64,000 nt of DNA, from the NCBI GenBank assembly GCA_038890155.1, contig JAWAFZ010000001.1:1189-65188 (forward strand). Reading direction: 5' to 3'. Shown here piece by piece: positions 1 to 9,042 of the stretch. The notes beneath the pieces are model-generated. The model worked only from the letters and a program-made list of their open reading frames with translations, was not told the DNA's origin and ran no database searches. The translations under genes were made by a program, and so were the position numbers. The DNA is from Candidatus Caldarchaeum sp. Its GTDB lineage: Archaea; Thermoproteota; Nitrososphaeria_A; Caldarchaeales; Caldarchaeaceae. Numbering within the stretch: position 1 is the stretch's first letter; each line of letters opens with the position of its first letter.

Positions 1-1
1 C

Positions 2-238
2 AGAGAGCTCGTCGTCCAAGACGATGAGAAACTAGTGGCGGTTTATCCTTACAGGGATGCAGAGACAACCAAAGTCTCTGAACACAGCCGCAACGTCCTG
101 TTCATGGTCTGCGGGGTTCCCGCAGTCGAGACGAGCTACTTGGAGGAGACCTCGTCCATCCTAGCTGAAGCCGTGAAGAAGTTCAGCGGAGGAGTGTGTA
201 TTTCGAAAGAGTTGTCATGCGCCGGGGGTGGGATTTGA
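2..238 (+). CDS. C-terminal fragment of a hypothetical protein. The reading frame is open from the window edge (…LVAVYPYRDAETTKV…) and its last codons overlap the 3' end of the tRNA on the opposite strand.
   Basis: Open frame from position 2 to the stop at 236-238. No recognisable motif. Coding status is uncertain. Confidence 0.25.
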   Translation, partial: RELVVQDDEKLVAVYPYRDAETTKVSEHSRNVLFMVCGVPAVETSYLEETSSILAEAVKKFSGGVCISKELSCAGGGI

Positions 239-328
239 ACCCACGCGGCCCGGAAAGGCCACCGGCTGTCTTGACCAGCTGCTACACGATCTCGAGGCCG
301 GCCCACTACCTGGCTGTGGGACCCCGGC
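220..328 (-). tRNA. tRNA-Ser (anticodon CGA) with a ~23-nt intron after position 37 and a long variable arm
   Basis: The reverse complement reads GCCGGGG…GUGGGUUCAAAUCCCAC CCCCGGC G. It has a perfect 7-bp acceptor stem, a T-arm GUGGG/UUCAAAU/CCCAC, and an anticodon stem CCGGC/GCCGG with loop CUCGAG|intron|A. The long variable arm GGCC…GGCC and discriminator G fit class II Ser. Mature length is about 85 nt. Confidence 0.65.
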
Positions 329-365
329 TCCTTATGCTGTTTTGGAATTCGTTGTATTAAGTTTG

Positions 366-1316
366 TCAGACATAATCCGAACGGTCTATGATGTTGCGGG
401 GCTTTTCTCCCCTGAAGTACCGGACTAGATTTTCGATGGCGTGCTTCTTCATCCTAGTCAGGACTTCGGGGTTCCCGAAAGCTCCAGCAACCCAGGGAGT
501 GCCCGTGAAGTTGGGGTGTTCAAACAGCTCGGTCTCCCAGGGCTCGTTCGTCTTAACGCTCCACCATACATCGGTTGCTATGCAGGCGTCGGGGTTTTCC
601 TTCATGTAAACCTTGAGGTCGTTTCTGTCTATCAGCTCAGCCCTCCCCACGTTAACCACTACAACGTTCTTCTTCAACAGACGCAGCCTGCGGAGGTTTA
701 TCATGCCTCGGGTCTGCTTACTGAGCGGAGCCGCAAGCACCACAAAATCACTTTCTGCCAAAACCTCGTCCAACCTGTCGGGCCCAACCACCATGTCTAC
801 GATGGCGGGAGAGGAGCCTGACCGACTCACCCCTACTACACGCATGCCGAAAGCCTTCCCAATCTCCGCCACCCTCCTGCCTATCGCACCAATACCCACG
901 ACCCCCAAGGTTTTGCCTCCGAGAAGAATAGTCTTAACGTCCTGCCTGAAGTCCCCCATCCTCAACCTCGGCAGGTATACGTGTAGTCTCTTAGAAGCCG
1001 CCAGAAGCAGAGCCCAAGCATGTTCTGCCACCGCCTCGGCGTTGGAGCCCATGTTTCCGCAGACAACTACGTGTTCGGGGATCGAAGCCCAAGGCAGGGA
1101 GTCGACGCCAGCGGCCAAACCTTGTATAAGCTTTAGGTTCTTGAGCTTCCTCAACTCTGTGTCGCTTATCTGGACGCATAGAACAGCCTCGGCCTGCTGC
1201 TTGGCCGTCTCCAGACCCTCGCTGGAGGGTGTGTACACATCAGCGTACATCCTCAGCTCAGAGACGTCGACGTCATCTAGCTCCACGTATGAAACTACAG
1301 ACGCTTTGCGCCTCAA
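366..1316 (-). CDS. D-isomer-specific 2-hydroxyacid dehydrogenase (glyoxylate/hydroxypyruvate reductase or PGDH-like)
   Basis: NAD-binding motif GKTLGVVGIGAIGRRVAEIGKAFGMRVVGVSR. The 316-aa length is typical of the D-2-HADH fold. Confidence 0.85.
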   Translation of the reverse strand: MRRKASVVSYVELDDVDVSELRMYADVYTPSSEGLETAKQQAEAVLCVQISDTELRKLKNLKLIQGLAAGVDSLPWASIPEHVVVCGNMGSNAEAVAEHAWALLLAASKRLHVYLPRLRMGDFRQDVKTILLGGKTLGVVGIGAIGRRVAEIGKAFGMRVVGVSRSGSSPAIVDMVVGPDRLDEVLAESDFVVLAAPLSKQTRGMINLRRLRLLKKNVVVVNVGRAELIDRNDLKVYMKENPDACIATDVWWSVKTNEPWETELFEHPNFTGTPWVAGAFGNPEVLTRMKKHAIENLVRYFRGEKPRNIIDRSDYV

Positions 1317-1855
1317 CCGCTAAACGTATCCTCGGGAGCCGGATAATAAACCTCAGTCACCAGCTTCCTCGAGCAGTAAATACAGTAAACAACTGTTTTA
1401 GCGCACCCCATGTGGTATACGGCGCCGCAGCTGCACTCTAGAACTACGTCGGTTTCGGCTTCGGGCGCTGACGCGAGCAGGGGTTTGAGCTGCTTGCCGC
1501 AGTAGCTGCACATCCTCGAGAGCGCCAGCACGTCTCTGACTGTGAATATGCCGACAACCCTGTTCCCCTCCGTCACTACGACTCTCCGAACCTTTTTCCT
1601 GTTCATCAAGTCAACGGCTTCAAGCAGAGGCGCTTCTATGTCTATCGTGAGAAGAGGGGAGCTCATCACGTCTTTGACGAGAGTCTTTGATGGGTCAAGG
1701 TTTTTTGCAACAACCCTAGACACTATGTCCCTCTCGGTGACGAGTCCGAAGGGCACGCCGTTGAGGGATACGACGAGGCCGCTCACTTTTCTGTCGGTCA
1801 TCATCTTAGCGGCTTCGAGGACTGTTGCATGCCCGTCGATAGATATGATATTCAT
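1313..1855 (-). CDS. CBS-domain pair protein with a C-terminal Cys-rich zinc-ribbon
   Basis: Two CBS repeats (…ISIDGHATVLEAAKMM…GLVTERDIVSRVV; …DIEAPLLEAVDLM…GIFTVRDVL), then CSYCGK…CSCG…CIYCS. The ORF-track N-terminal 105 aa look non-coding, so the start is taken at the internal ATG (MNIISIDGH). Confidence 0.75.
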   Translation of the reverse strand: MNIISIDGHATVLEAAKMMTDRKVSGLVVSLNGVPFGLVTERDIVSRVVAKNLDPSKTLVKDVMSSPLLTIDIEAPLLEAVDLMNRKKVRRVVVTEGNRVVGIFTVRDVLALSRMCSYCGKQLKPLLASAPEAETDVVLECSCGAVYHMGCAKTVVYCIYCSRKLVTEVYYPAPEDTFSG

Positions 1856-1969
1856 CCGGACGACGTCCCTTACCTTAGCACCCGGCCACAACGGTGAGAA
1901 GACGTTATGCTGGCTAAAAAGCGTTAAAGCAGGGAAACGTTGAAATATTCCGGACAGTTTTTCAGGCTG

Positions 1970-2620
1970 ATGCGTCTTCTCCAGATCTCGGACGTTCACG
2001 GTAGCCTTGAAGCAGTCTCGAGGGCAGTTGCAAGGTCTCACGGATGCGACGCCGTTATGGTGGTGGGAGATATCACCCACTTCGGCGGAGTCCCCCAGGC
2101 GGAGCCTCTGCTGCAGAAGCTGGCTGACAGCGGGCTGAAGGTCTACTTCGTCGCAGGCAACTGCGACCATCCAGCTCTCCTGACGTGGGAGCCGTCAAAC
2201 CCAAACATAGTAAACCTTCACCTCAGGACTGAAAAGTTTGAAGGCATGGAGCTGGTCGGGCTTGGGGGTGGAAACCTGTCCCCCTTCAACACTTTGATCG
2301 AGTTCAACGAGGATGAATTTAGTTCGATGCTCTCGGGCCTTAAGCTGTCCACCGAACGCTTTATCTTGGTCAGCCACACACCGCCCTACGGAGCCGACGC
2401 CGACGTAGCACGTGGAAGGCATCTGGGAAGCACGGCCGTGAGGAAGTTTGTGGAGGAGAAAAAGCCTGTTGCAGTCTGCTGCGGACACATTCACGAAGCG
2501 AGGTCGGTGTCTTTCATAGGTCGTACCGTGGTTGTCAACGCCGGCCCTGCGAGGGATGGTTTCTGCGCATACCTAAACATTTCAGGTCCCGAGGTTTCGG
2601 CCGAGCTTCAACGTCTGTAA
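1970..2620 (+). CDS. metallophosphoesterase (calcineurin-like phosphoesterase)
   Basis: Motifs LQISDVHGS, VMVVGDITHFG, FVAGNCDHP and CCGHIHE are typical of the calcineurin-like phosphoesterase family. Confidence 0.8.
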   Translation: MRLLQISDVHGSLEAVSRAVARSHGCDAVMVVGDITHFGGVPQAEPLLQKLADSGLKVYFVAGNCDHPALLTWEPSNPNIVNLHLRTEKFEGMELVGLGGGNLSPFNTLIEFNEDEFSSMLSGLKLSTERFILVSHTPPYGADADVARGRHLGSTAVRKFVEEKKPVAVCCGHIHEARSVSFIGRTVVVNAGPARDGFCAYLNISGPEVSAELQRL

Positions 2621-2630
2621 GGCGTGGGAC

Positions 2631-3416
2631 ATGACAAGGTATGTCGTTGAGGTCATCAACGTGGGCAACGAGCTGTTAGACGGCAGGACAGTCAACACAA
2701 ACCTCAACTGGGTCTGCGGAAGACTCAGCCAGCTCGGCTACACTGTATCGAGAGCCGTTGTCGTTAGGGACAGCCTCAAAGACATAACGGCTGCTTTGAG
2801 GGAGGCTCTGCGACGGAGGCCGGGATGGGTCTTCATGACCGGTGGTCTAGGACCAACACATGACGACAAAACTCTCCAAGCCGTTGCTAAGGCTCTTGGA
2901 AGACGCCTTGTCTTACGTAGCGACGTTGTGGAAACTCTGCGACAGAGATACCTCAAGCTCGCGGAGAAAGGCTTGGTCAAGAAGCCTGTTCTCACTAGAG
3001 AGAGGCTTAAGATGGCGAGGCTGCCGGAGGGGTCGACGCCGTTGAGGAACCTTGAGGGGGCGGCTCCCGGTGTGTTGGTCGAGTACCGTGGGGTTCGAAT
3101 CGTCTGTCTGCCGGGCGTTCCAAGAGAGCTGGCGTCGATCTTCGACAACGAGGTGGCGCCCGTGCTCCAGAAGGAGGCCCGGGGTAGGGGGTTCATCGTG
3201 GAAAACGTTGCTGTAAGAAACGTGGTCGAGTCCAAGCTAGCTCCTCTGCTCGTCGAAACTATGAAGAAGTATCCCAAGGTATATCTGAAGAGCAACCCGA
3301 AGGGCGTCGACAACGGACCTCTAGTAGTGGTTGACTTTATAGCTGAAAAACGACACAGGAGCCAGCTGGAGGACGCGGTAAAGTACTTCAACGAGGCCTT
3401 GAGGTGGATGGATTAG
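2631..3416 (+). CDS. CinA-like, molybdopterin-binding (MoCF) domain protein
   Basis: N-terminus VINVGNELLDGRTVNTNLNWVCGRLSQLGY and the FMTGGLGPTHDD motif are characteristic of the CinA N-terminal/MoaB-MogA fold. Confidence 0.7.
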   Translation: MTRYVVEVINVGNELLDGRTVNTNLNWVCGRLSQLGYTVSRAVVVRDSLKDITAALREALRRRPGWVFMTGGLGPTHDDKTLQAVAKALGRRLVLRSDVVETLRQRYLKLAEKGLVKKPVLTRERLKMARLPEGSTPLRNLEGAAPGVLVEYRGVRIVCLPGVPRELASIFDNEVAPVLQKEARGRGFIVENVAVRNVVESKLAPLLVETMKKYPKVYLKSNPKGVDNGPLVVVDFIAEKRHRSQLEDAVKYFNEALRWMD

Positions 3417-3419
3417 GCT

Positions 3420-4436
3420 TTGGAGTTGTTGAACAAGCTCATCGACAAAGCTTGGCGGTCTGTCCTATCGTCCCCTGAAATGTACAGACGTGGGCTTGAA
3501 AGAGGCTCAGGAGCTGCGTGGTCCGGGGTTGAGGGCTTCCAAAGAGTCTTGATCCTGGGCGTCGGAGGCTCTGGAATGGTCGGGGACATCGTGTCCAGCT
3601 TGAGACAGCCAGAATCAGCGTTAAAGGTCCAGGATGTGAAGGACGTTAAAACCCCGCCTTGGACCGGGCCGGACACCTTAGCCGTAGCCGTAAGCTACTC
3701 GGGGAACACCGCTGAAACACTCCAAGCAGCCGTCGACGCTCTCTCCAAAGGCGCAACGGTCGTAGGAGTCTCCTCGGGAGGGCGACTAACTTCCTTCCTC
3801 CATTCTAAAGGCCTCAAGGTTGTGGAGGTTTCGGAGGGGCTGGAGCCAAGGTATGCCGTGCCTGAGATGGTGGGCGTCGTCTACGGAATTTTATCCGCTT
3901 TCCGCGACTTCTCCCGCGAGGTCTTCATGGACGCCGTCGACGACCTCGAAGACTTCCTAAGCTTGTTTAGAGACTTCGGCGACAACTATGCGATGCAAAT
4001 CGCCTCCACCCTCTTGGACAAAACTGTGGTTGTGCTGTCGTCGGAGCTTCTCAAGCCCGCCGCCCATCGGCTTAAAACCCAGCTCAACGAAAACGCCAAA
4101 CACCCGGCTTACACGGCTTTCCTACCAGAGGCCTGCCACAACGAGGTTGAAACATGGTCGGATACAGACGGCTTCGCCTACGTCATGCAGCGGAGCATCT
4201 ACGAACCAGCCGTCTACTCCGACGCATTCGCTTGGATGAAAAGCTTCCTGAGCGGTGGAGGAGCCGTATGCCATGACGTATTTATCGAGTCGAGGACACG
4301 TGCGTCGGAGGTATTGAAGCATGTAGCGTTATCCGACATGGTTAGCGTCTGTTTAGCTGGCCTCAAGAAAGTCGACCCGTTCAGACTGAGCATCATCCCA
4401 CTGCTCAGGCCAGTCCTGCGGAAACATCTCCCCTGA
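3420..4436 (+). CDS. SIS-domain sugar isomerase, probably a bifunctional phosphoglucose/phosphomannose isomerase (crenarchaeal PGI/PMI type)
   Basis: SIS-domain signature VLILGVGGSGMVGDIV. Length is about 338 aa. It starts at TTG immediately after the upstream stop. Confidence 0.6.
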   Translation: MELLNKLIDKAWRSVLSSPEMYRRGLERGSGAAWSGVEGFQRVLILGVGGSGMVGDIVSSLRQPESALKVQDVKDVKTPPWTGPDTLAVAVSYSGNTAETLQAAVDALSKGATVVGVSSGGRLTSFLHSKGLKVVEVSEGLEPRYAVPEMVGVVYGILSAFRDFSREVFMDAVDDLEDFLSLFRDFGDNYAMQIASTLLDKTVVVLSSELLKPAAHRLKTQLNENAKHPAYTAFLPEACHNEVETWSDTDGFAYVMQRSIYEPAVYSDAFAWMKSFLSGGGAVCHDVFIESRTRASEVLKHVALSDMVSVCLAGLKKVDPFRLSIIPLLRPVLRKHLP

Positions 4437-5145
4437 GCTCGGAGAGCAACGGTATTGCTCTGATTTTCTCCTCAGGCAACATGCTCCAGATGATACTCTC
4501 GGGCTTCTTATTCTTCGGGCAGACGATAGTCTTCGTGTTTGTGTGGATGACGTCGATTGGAAGGTCGTAGAGCTCTGACGGAATGTAGTCTACGACTTGG
4601 GCGTCGTGGACGGTTGTAGAGACCGGAGTCTCCACGCTCACCTTCCCAAACATCCTCAGCATGGCGTACTCTATCTCCGAATAGCCTTCCCCCTTCCCAA
4701 CACGCCAGCCTTCCAACGACACAGCCACGCTTCCGGCAACGAAGAGGTCTATTCTGGGAAGGTTTCGGGGATGTGTCTTCAAGCCATGCTTGAAGGCTCC
4801 TGAGATGGTTGCCGCATCAGCAAAGCTGTTTCTTGGAATCCTTCGCGGGTCTAGGACCAGAAAGCCTTGGGATATTCTGGGTGTTGCGATGACAAGAACT
4901 TTGCCGTCCTCAAGGACTCGACGCCTCACAGGTGCTTGGGGAGCGTCCGGGTTTACCTTCACGCAGAAGGCCCGCCGGTATTCGGGTGAAGCAGCCAGCC
5001 GGGCGGCGGCCTCTTTCGCTCCCACGAAGTTGGGAATTCGGCCCTGCACGGGTCTGGGAAACGCGGCTAACCCCTCATCCTCAAGCCTCCGCCAAACCCG
5101 CTCCCTAATCTCCTGCTTAAGCCGACTTTTTGAAAGCCCTGACAA
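4405..5145 (-). CDS. 5-formyltetrahydrofolate cyclo-ligase family protein
   Basis: The C-terminal motif IDLFVAGSVAVSLEGWRVGKGEGYSEIEYA matches the MTHFS fold signature (hD…PG.AFD..G.RlG.GkGYYD). Confidence 0.6.
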   Translation of the reverse strand: MSGLSKSRLKQEIRERVWRRLEDEGLAAFPRPVQGRIPNFVGAKEAAARLAASPEYRRAFCVKVNPDAPQAPVRRRVLEDGKVLVIATPRISQGFLVLDPRRIPRNSFADAATISGAFKHGLKTHPRNLPRIDLFVAGSVAVSLEGWRVGKGEGYSEIEYAMLRMFGKVSVETPVSTTVHDAQVVDYIPSELYDLPIDVIHTNTKTIVCPKNKKPESIIWSMLPEEKIRAIPLLSELRGDVSAGLA

Positions 5146-7117
5146 GCTCCTCGTAGCTCTGCTTAACCTCCTCCACAGCCGCCTCGTCCTCGAGAGTGGT
5201 TATGTCTCCGAGGCTTGCTCCGACCGCTACGGCTCTGATGAGGCGCCTCATGATCTTGCCGCTTCTAGTCTTCGGCAGCCTTTCCACGAAAACCACGCCG
5301 CTAGGAGTGGCTATTGGGCCGTAAACCTCTCTGACATGACGAACAAGCTGCTCGGCTATCTCCGGCCCCGGTCTATGACCGGTCTTCAGGACAACGTAAG
5401 CCAGCGGCACCTCGCCCTTAACCTCGTCGGGTATGCCGACAACAGCGGACTCCGCTACAGCCGGATGCGAACCCAGGACGGACTCAAGCTCGTACGTCCC
5501 TATCCTGTGTCCCGAAACCTTGAGAACCTCGTCAGCCCTGCCAGCAACCCATATGTATCCGTCAGCGTCTTTGACAGCATAATCCCCTGTGAAGAAGACG
5601 CCCCCCACCTTCTCATAGTAGACTTGACGGTACCTCTCCGGCTCCTTCCACATCCCTGTCGGAGGCCCAGGCATGCCGGGCCATGGCTTGCGGATTACGA
5701 GCAGACCTCTCTCGCCTGCTTTGACGGGATGGCCGTTCTCGTCGACCACGTCGGCATCTATCCCGGGCAGCGGGTAGCCGTTGGTTCCTGGCTTAAGCGG
5801 CGTCAGATAAAGCCCGGGTGCATGGCTTATTAGTATTCCTCCGGTCTCGGTCATCCACCAAGTCGAGCCCACCGGGCATCTACTCCCTCCCACGACCTCG
5901 AAAAGCCACCGCCATGCGGCGGGGTTGATCGGCTCGCCCACGCTGTGTATAAGCCTCAAGCTCGACCGGTCGTGCTTCTCGACATGCTGGCTTCCGTGCC
6001 GCATCAGCATACGCACAGCAGTCGGAGTCGTGTACAGAACAGACACGCCGTACCTCTCGACAATAGACCACCACCTGTCTGGAGCGGGGTAGTCGGGCGT
6101 CCCCTCGTACATAACGACGGTGGCGCCGGCTAGGAGCGGGCCGAAGACTATGTAGCTGTGGCCGGTCACCCAGCCTATGTCCGCTGTGCAGAAATATGTG
6201 TCGTCATCCCTTATGTCGAAGACCCAGCGCATCGTGGCGTTGAGCAAAACCGCGTAGCCGCCGTGGTCATGTATTATTCCCTTGGGCCTGCCCGTTGTCC
6301 CAGAGGTGTACAGGACGTACAGGATACTGTCTGAGTCGAGCCTATTAGGCTCTATGTAAGCGGTCTCGGGAACCTCTTCGAGAATCCGGTGAAGCCATAG
6401 ATCCCTACCCTCAACCATGTCAACTTTGTTGCCCGCCCTTCGGACGACTAGAACCCTCTTTATGGGCCCGCTTCTCTCAACAGCCTTATCAGCTGTTTCC
6501 TTCAAGTTGATCAGCCGACCCCTCCTGTAGAACCCGTCGGCCGTGATGAGAACAGTCGCCCCCAGGTCCTCAATCCGTATCTTCAGGTTCTCGGCTGAAA
6601 ACCCGCTGAATACGACTGTGAAGACCACGCCTATACGGGCCAGAGCGAGCATGGTCATCGGCAGCTCAGGTATCATCGGCAGGTAGATAGCCGCCTTATC
6701 TCCACTCATCAGCCCTAGCTTCTTGAAAGCATACGCAAGCCTGTTGACGGAGCGCCAGAGGTCGTAGTAAGTTATTCTCCTTACCTCGACGGGTTTTCCC
6801 CATTCGTCCACCGGCTCGCCTTCCCAAACATAGGCCAGCTTGTTCCTCCTCCATCCTCTCACGTGCCTGTCTAGACAGAGGTAAGACATGTTCGTCTTGG
6901 CGCCGACGAACCAGCGGTAAACCCCGGGATGGTCCCCCGGTTCAAGTACCTTATCCCACGGCTGGAACCACTCCAGCTCAGAGGCCTCAGCCTCCCAGAA
7001 GCCGGTGAAGTCTTCAACGCTACGCCTCCACAGACTCAGGTAGCTGCTGATGTCTATGTGCCGTCCTCTCCACCCTTGGAGCTCAATGTACTCGTTGAAT
7101 GGGAGCGGTTCGGACAA
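5117..7117 (-). CDS. acs: acetyl-CoA synthetase (AMP-forming)
   Basis: 666 aa. AMP-binding signature YTSGTTGRPKG, and the N-terminus is characteristic of Acs. Confidence 0.9.
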   Translation of the reverse strand: MSEPLPFNEYIELQGWRGRHIDISSYLSLWRRSVEDFTGFWEAEASELEWFQPWDKVLEPGDHPGVYRWFVGAKTNMSYLCLDRHVRGWRRNKLAYVWEGEPVDEWGKPVEVRRITYYDLWRSVNRLAYAFKKLGLMSGDKAAIYLPMIPELPMTMLALARIGVVFTVVFSGFSAENLKIRIEDLGATVLITADGFYRRGRLINLKETADKAVERSGPIKRVLVVRRAGNKVDMVEGRDLWLHRILEEVPETAYIEPNRLDSDSILYVLYTSGTTGRPKGIIHDHGGYAVLLNATMRWVFDIRDDDTYFCTADIGWVTGHSYIVFGPLLAGATVVMYEGTPDYPAPDRWWSIVERYGVSVLYTTPTAVRMLMRHGSQHVEKHDRSSLRLIHSVGEPINPAAWRWLFEVVGGSRCPVGSTWWMTETGGILISHAPGLYLTPLKPGTNGYPLPGIDADVVDENGHPVKAGERGLLVIRKPWPGMPGPPTGMWKEPERYRQVYYEKVGGVFFTGDYAVKDADGYIWVAGRADEVLKVSGHRIGTYELESVLGSHPAVAESAVVGIPDEVKGEVPLAYVVLKTGHRPGPEIAEQLVRHVREVYGPIATPSGVVFVERLPKTRSGKIMRRLIRAVAVGASLGDITTLEDEAAVEEVKQSYEELVRAFKKSA

Positions 7118-7182
7118 AACTAATCATATACATTCGTCTCATTTATTATGTTTTTTTCTCTCATCCATCATCGTCGGTAAAA

Positions 7183-7190
7183 TTTTTAAA
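7183..7190 (+). promoter_or_regulatory. TATA-like box (tttttaaa) about 26 nt upstream of the PAC2 ATG, in the AT-rich divergent acs/PAC2 intergenic region
   Basis: An AT-rich hexamer seen directly at archaeal promoter spacing. The transcript is probably leaderless. Confidence 0.35.
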
Positions 7191-7212
7191 CAGCTTAGGG
7201 GAAAATTCTTCC

Positions 7213-7965
7213 ATGGAATCTACCTACGCAGATTTTTTATTCAACGATAAGCTGGGTGATAAGGTCAACAAACCCCTGCTGCTAGGCTTCCCAGATACGG
7301 GGCTGGCTGGGGCCATAGCAGTGTCCTACCTCGTCGACAACCTGAAACCAGCTGAGAAAGGCTACGTCGACTCGGCTGACCTGCCTCCGATCGTCCCCGT
7401 CAGAAGGGGTGAGGCCAAGGAGTTGATAAGAATCTATGAGGGGAAGAATTACGTGGCCATCGTGTCCGAGATACCCATCCCCCCTCCGTTGATACGTTCA
7501 TTTTCGGAGACTCTGCTGACTTGGGTCGAGGAGAAGAAGATCAGGGAAGTACGGTGTTTGACCGGGGTCACGGAGCCTAGGAGGCTTGAGATCGAGACGC
7601 CTAAAGTCTTCATACTATCGTCCAGCCTAGCTAGGAGCGAGGAGCTAGCCAAGTCGTTGGACGCAGAGGTTTTCACTGAGGGCTTCGTGACCGGCATACA
7701 TGCAGAGATACTAAGGCTTGGGGTGAGAAGAGGGCTCGACGTCTCCCTGCTGCTGGCTCAGTCCCACCTAAACTACCCAGACCCCGGTGCGGCTGCCCAG
7801 CTTCTCGCAAGGCTGCCGAGGCTTGTGAACGAGCAGATCGACGTCAAGCCACTTCTTGATAGCGAGGAGATGGTTCGGATGCAGCTGAGAGACCTCATGA
7901 GAAGAACCGCCGAGTCGATGGTCCAGAAGTCTAGGGAGATGGAGCTTCCACCTGTCTACAGGTGA
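7213..7965 (+). CDS. PAC2-family protein (proteasome-assembly-chaperone-like, COG1938)
   Basis: The motif LLGFPDTGLAGAIAVSYLV matches the PAC2 GxPGxGxxG signature. The start was moved to the internal ATG at 7213, because the ORF-track extension is AT-rich promoter sequence. Confidence 0.6.
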   Translation: MESTYADFLFNDKLGDKVNKPLLLGFPDTGLAGAIAVSYLVDNLKPAEKGYVDSADLPPIVPVRRGEAKELIRIYEGKNYVAIVSEIPIPPPLIRSFSETLLTWVEEKKIREVRCLTGVTEPRRLEIETPKVFILSSSLARSEELAKSLDAEVFTEGFVTGIHAEILRLGVRRGLDVSLLLAQSHLNYPDPGAAAQLLARLPRLVNEQIDVKPLLDSEEMVRMQLRDLMRRTAESMVQKSREMELPPVYR

Positions 7966-7971
7966 TTAGAG

Positions 7972-8364
7972 ATGTCCGGAGACTGGTTCAGGCGTTTACA
8001 GAAGCGGATGGAGATGGAGATCGACGAGATGATGAAGACGATCAAGGAGGTTGAATCAAGGACCGGCTGCATAATTCCGCTATACGACGTGGTGGAGACG
8101 GAGGACGAATACGTCGTGACCATCGACATGCCCGGCGTCAGGAGGGAGGAGATAGACCTGCAGGTTTACGAGAACCAGCTAGGCGTCGAGGCTCCCTGCA
8201 GCACGAACATACCGAGCAGGAGGTACGGCGGAAGGTACAGGCTGTTGATCGAGCTTCCAAAGCCCATAGACCACTCAGCCGTCAAGGCCAGGTACGTCCA
8301 CGGCGTCCTCGAAGTTAGAGTGAGCAAAAAGGCTGGCCGAGGGGTCAAGATAGCGGTGGAATAG
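7972..8364 (+). CDS. small heat shock protein, Hsp20/alpha-crystallin family
   Basis: 130 aa, with an alpha-crystallin domain (…VVTIDMPGVRREEIDLQV…HGVLEVRV…). Confidence 0.85.
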   Translation: MSGDWFRRLQKRMEMEIDEMMKTIKEVESRTGCIIPLYDVVETEDEYVVTIDMPGVRREEIDLQVYENQLGVEAPCSTNIPSRRYGGRYRLLIELPKPIDHSAVKARYVHGVLEVRVSKKAGRGVKIAVE

Positions 8365-8394
8365 CTTAAATCAACCCACGCCGTTTGCTATAAA

Positions 8395-8690
8395 GGGTGA
8401 GCGGCCGGGCGGGCCACCGGGAGCTCCGGAGGAAGTTCCTCCCCCGAGGGAGGCGTGCGCAGCGCCGAGAGGCGCGTGGGGAGACTCACGGCAACGCCGC
8501 AGAAACGAGACCTCCACCGCACGATGGCCATGACTCGGCGGAGAGCCGTCGAGGAGTGCGGTGGATTGGTTGAAACGGGCGACCTGCGCCGGGAAAGGCT
8601 GCCGGGCTGTGAGCAGCTTCCCCGAGCCTGGCAGAGGCCGATGAGACGAATCCCGCCTTAACAGAAGGAGGGCTACGAGCCGCACACCCC
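8395..8690 (+). ncRNA. rnpB: RNase P RNA (archaeal type A)
   Basis: A GC-rich ~296-nt segment with no credible ORF. It has a P1 helix (5' GGGUGAGCGGC pairing with 3' GCCGCACACCC), a CR-I-like GGAGGAAGUUCCUCC, a CR-IV-like GGUUGAAACGGGCGACCUGCGCC, and a CR-V-like ACAGAAGGAGGGCUA. The P4 strands UUCCUCC/GGAGGG are complementary with compensatory changes. Confidence 0.7.
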
Positions 8691-9042
8691 ATTATTCATG
8701 TATGAGGGATTGTTGCAGCTGTGGAAGACATCTGTGTCCGGATTGTCTTGAATGAAGAGTTTGAGCCGTTTTCGACGGTCGAGAATGCATGCCAAGCCAG
8801 CATACGGGATACAGTTTAATGAGTCTCTACGGGCTTTAGACGGCATGGTGATTGCTTCAGGATGTGTCGTAGACGAACACGAATGCAATAGATGGAATTA
8901 CTGAGTGCCTGTGTTCACGCTGGCTTGTTAAGACACCCTAGGAGATGCTCTAGCCGATGAGCTTGTTGGGGCTGAATTCGGCGGCATCGATGGCTTGCTG
9001 GGTGAGCTGAAGCTTCCGAGGCTCGTCAACAACCCATCCAGC

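Noticed and set aside
613-1323. 236-aa plus-strand ORF and others overlapping the 2-hydroxyacid dehydrogenase
   Set aside because: They are antisense to a gene with a clear Rossmann NAD motif, and the translation is Ser/Thr/Pro-rich.
7099-7212. N-terminal 38 codons of the PAC2 ORF as given in the track
   Set aside because: The region is AT-rich and contains the probable TATA box. The Ile/Tyr/Phe-rich translation is typical of promoter DNA. The start was moved to the ATG at 7213.
8371-8692. Three overlapping ORFs (8371-8685 minus, 8455-8661 plus, 8486-8692 minus) of 68-104 aa
   Set aside because: They lie entirely within the RNase P RNA. Their translations are Arg/Gly/Pro/Ala-rich, with the low-complexity character typical of GC-rich non-coding RNA, and they overlap each other on both strands.
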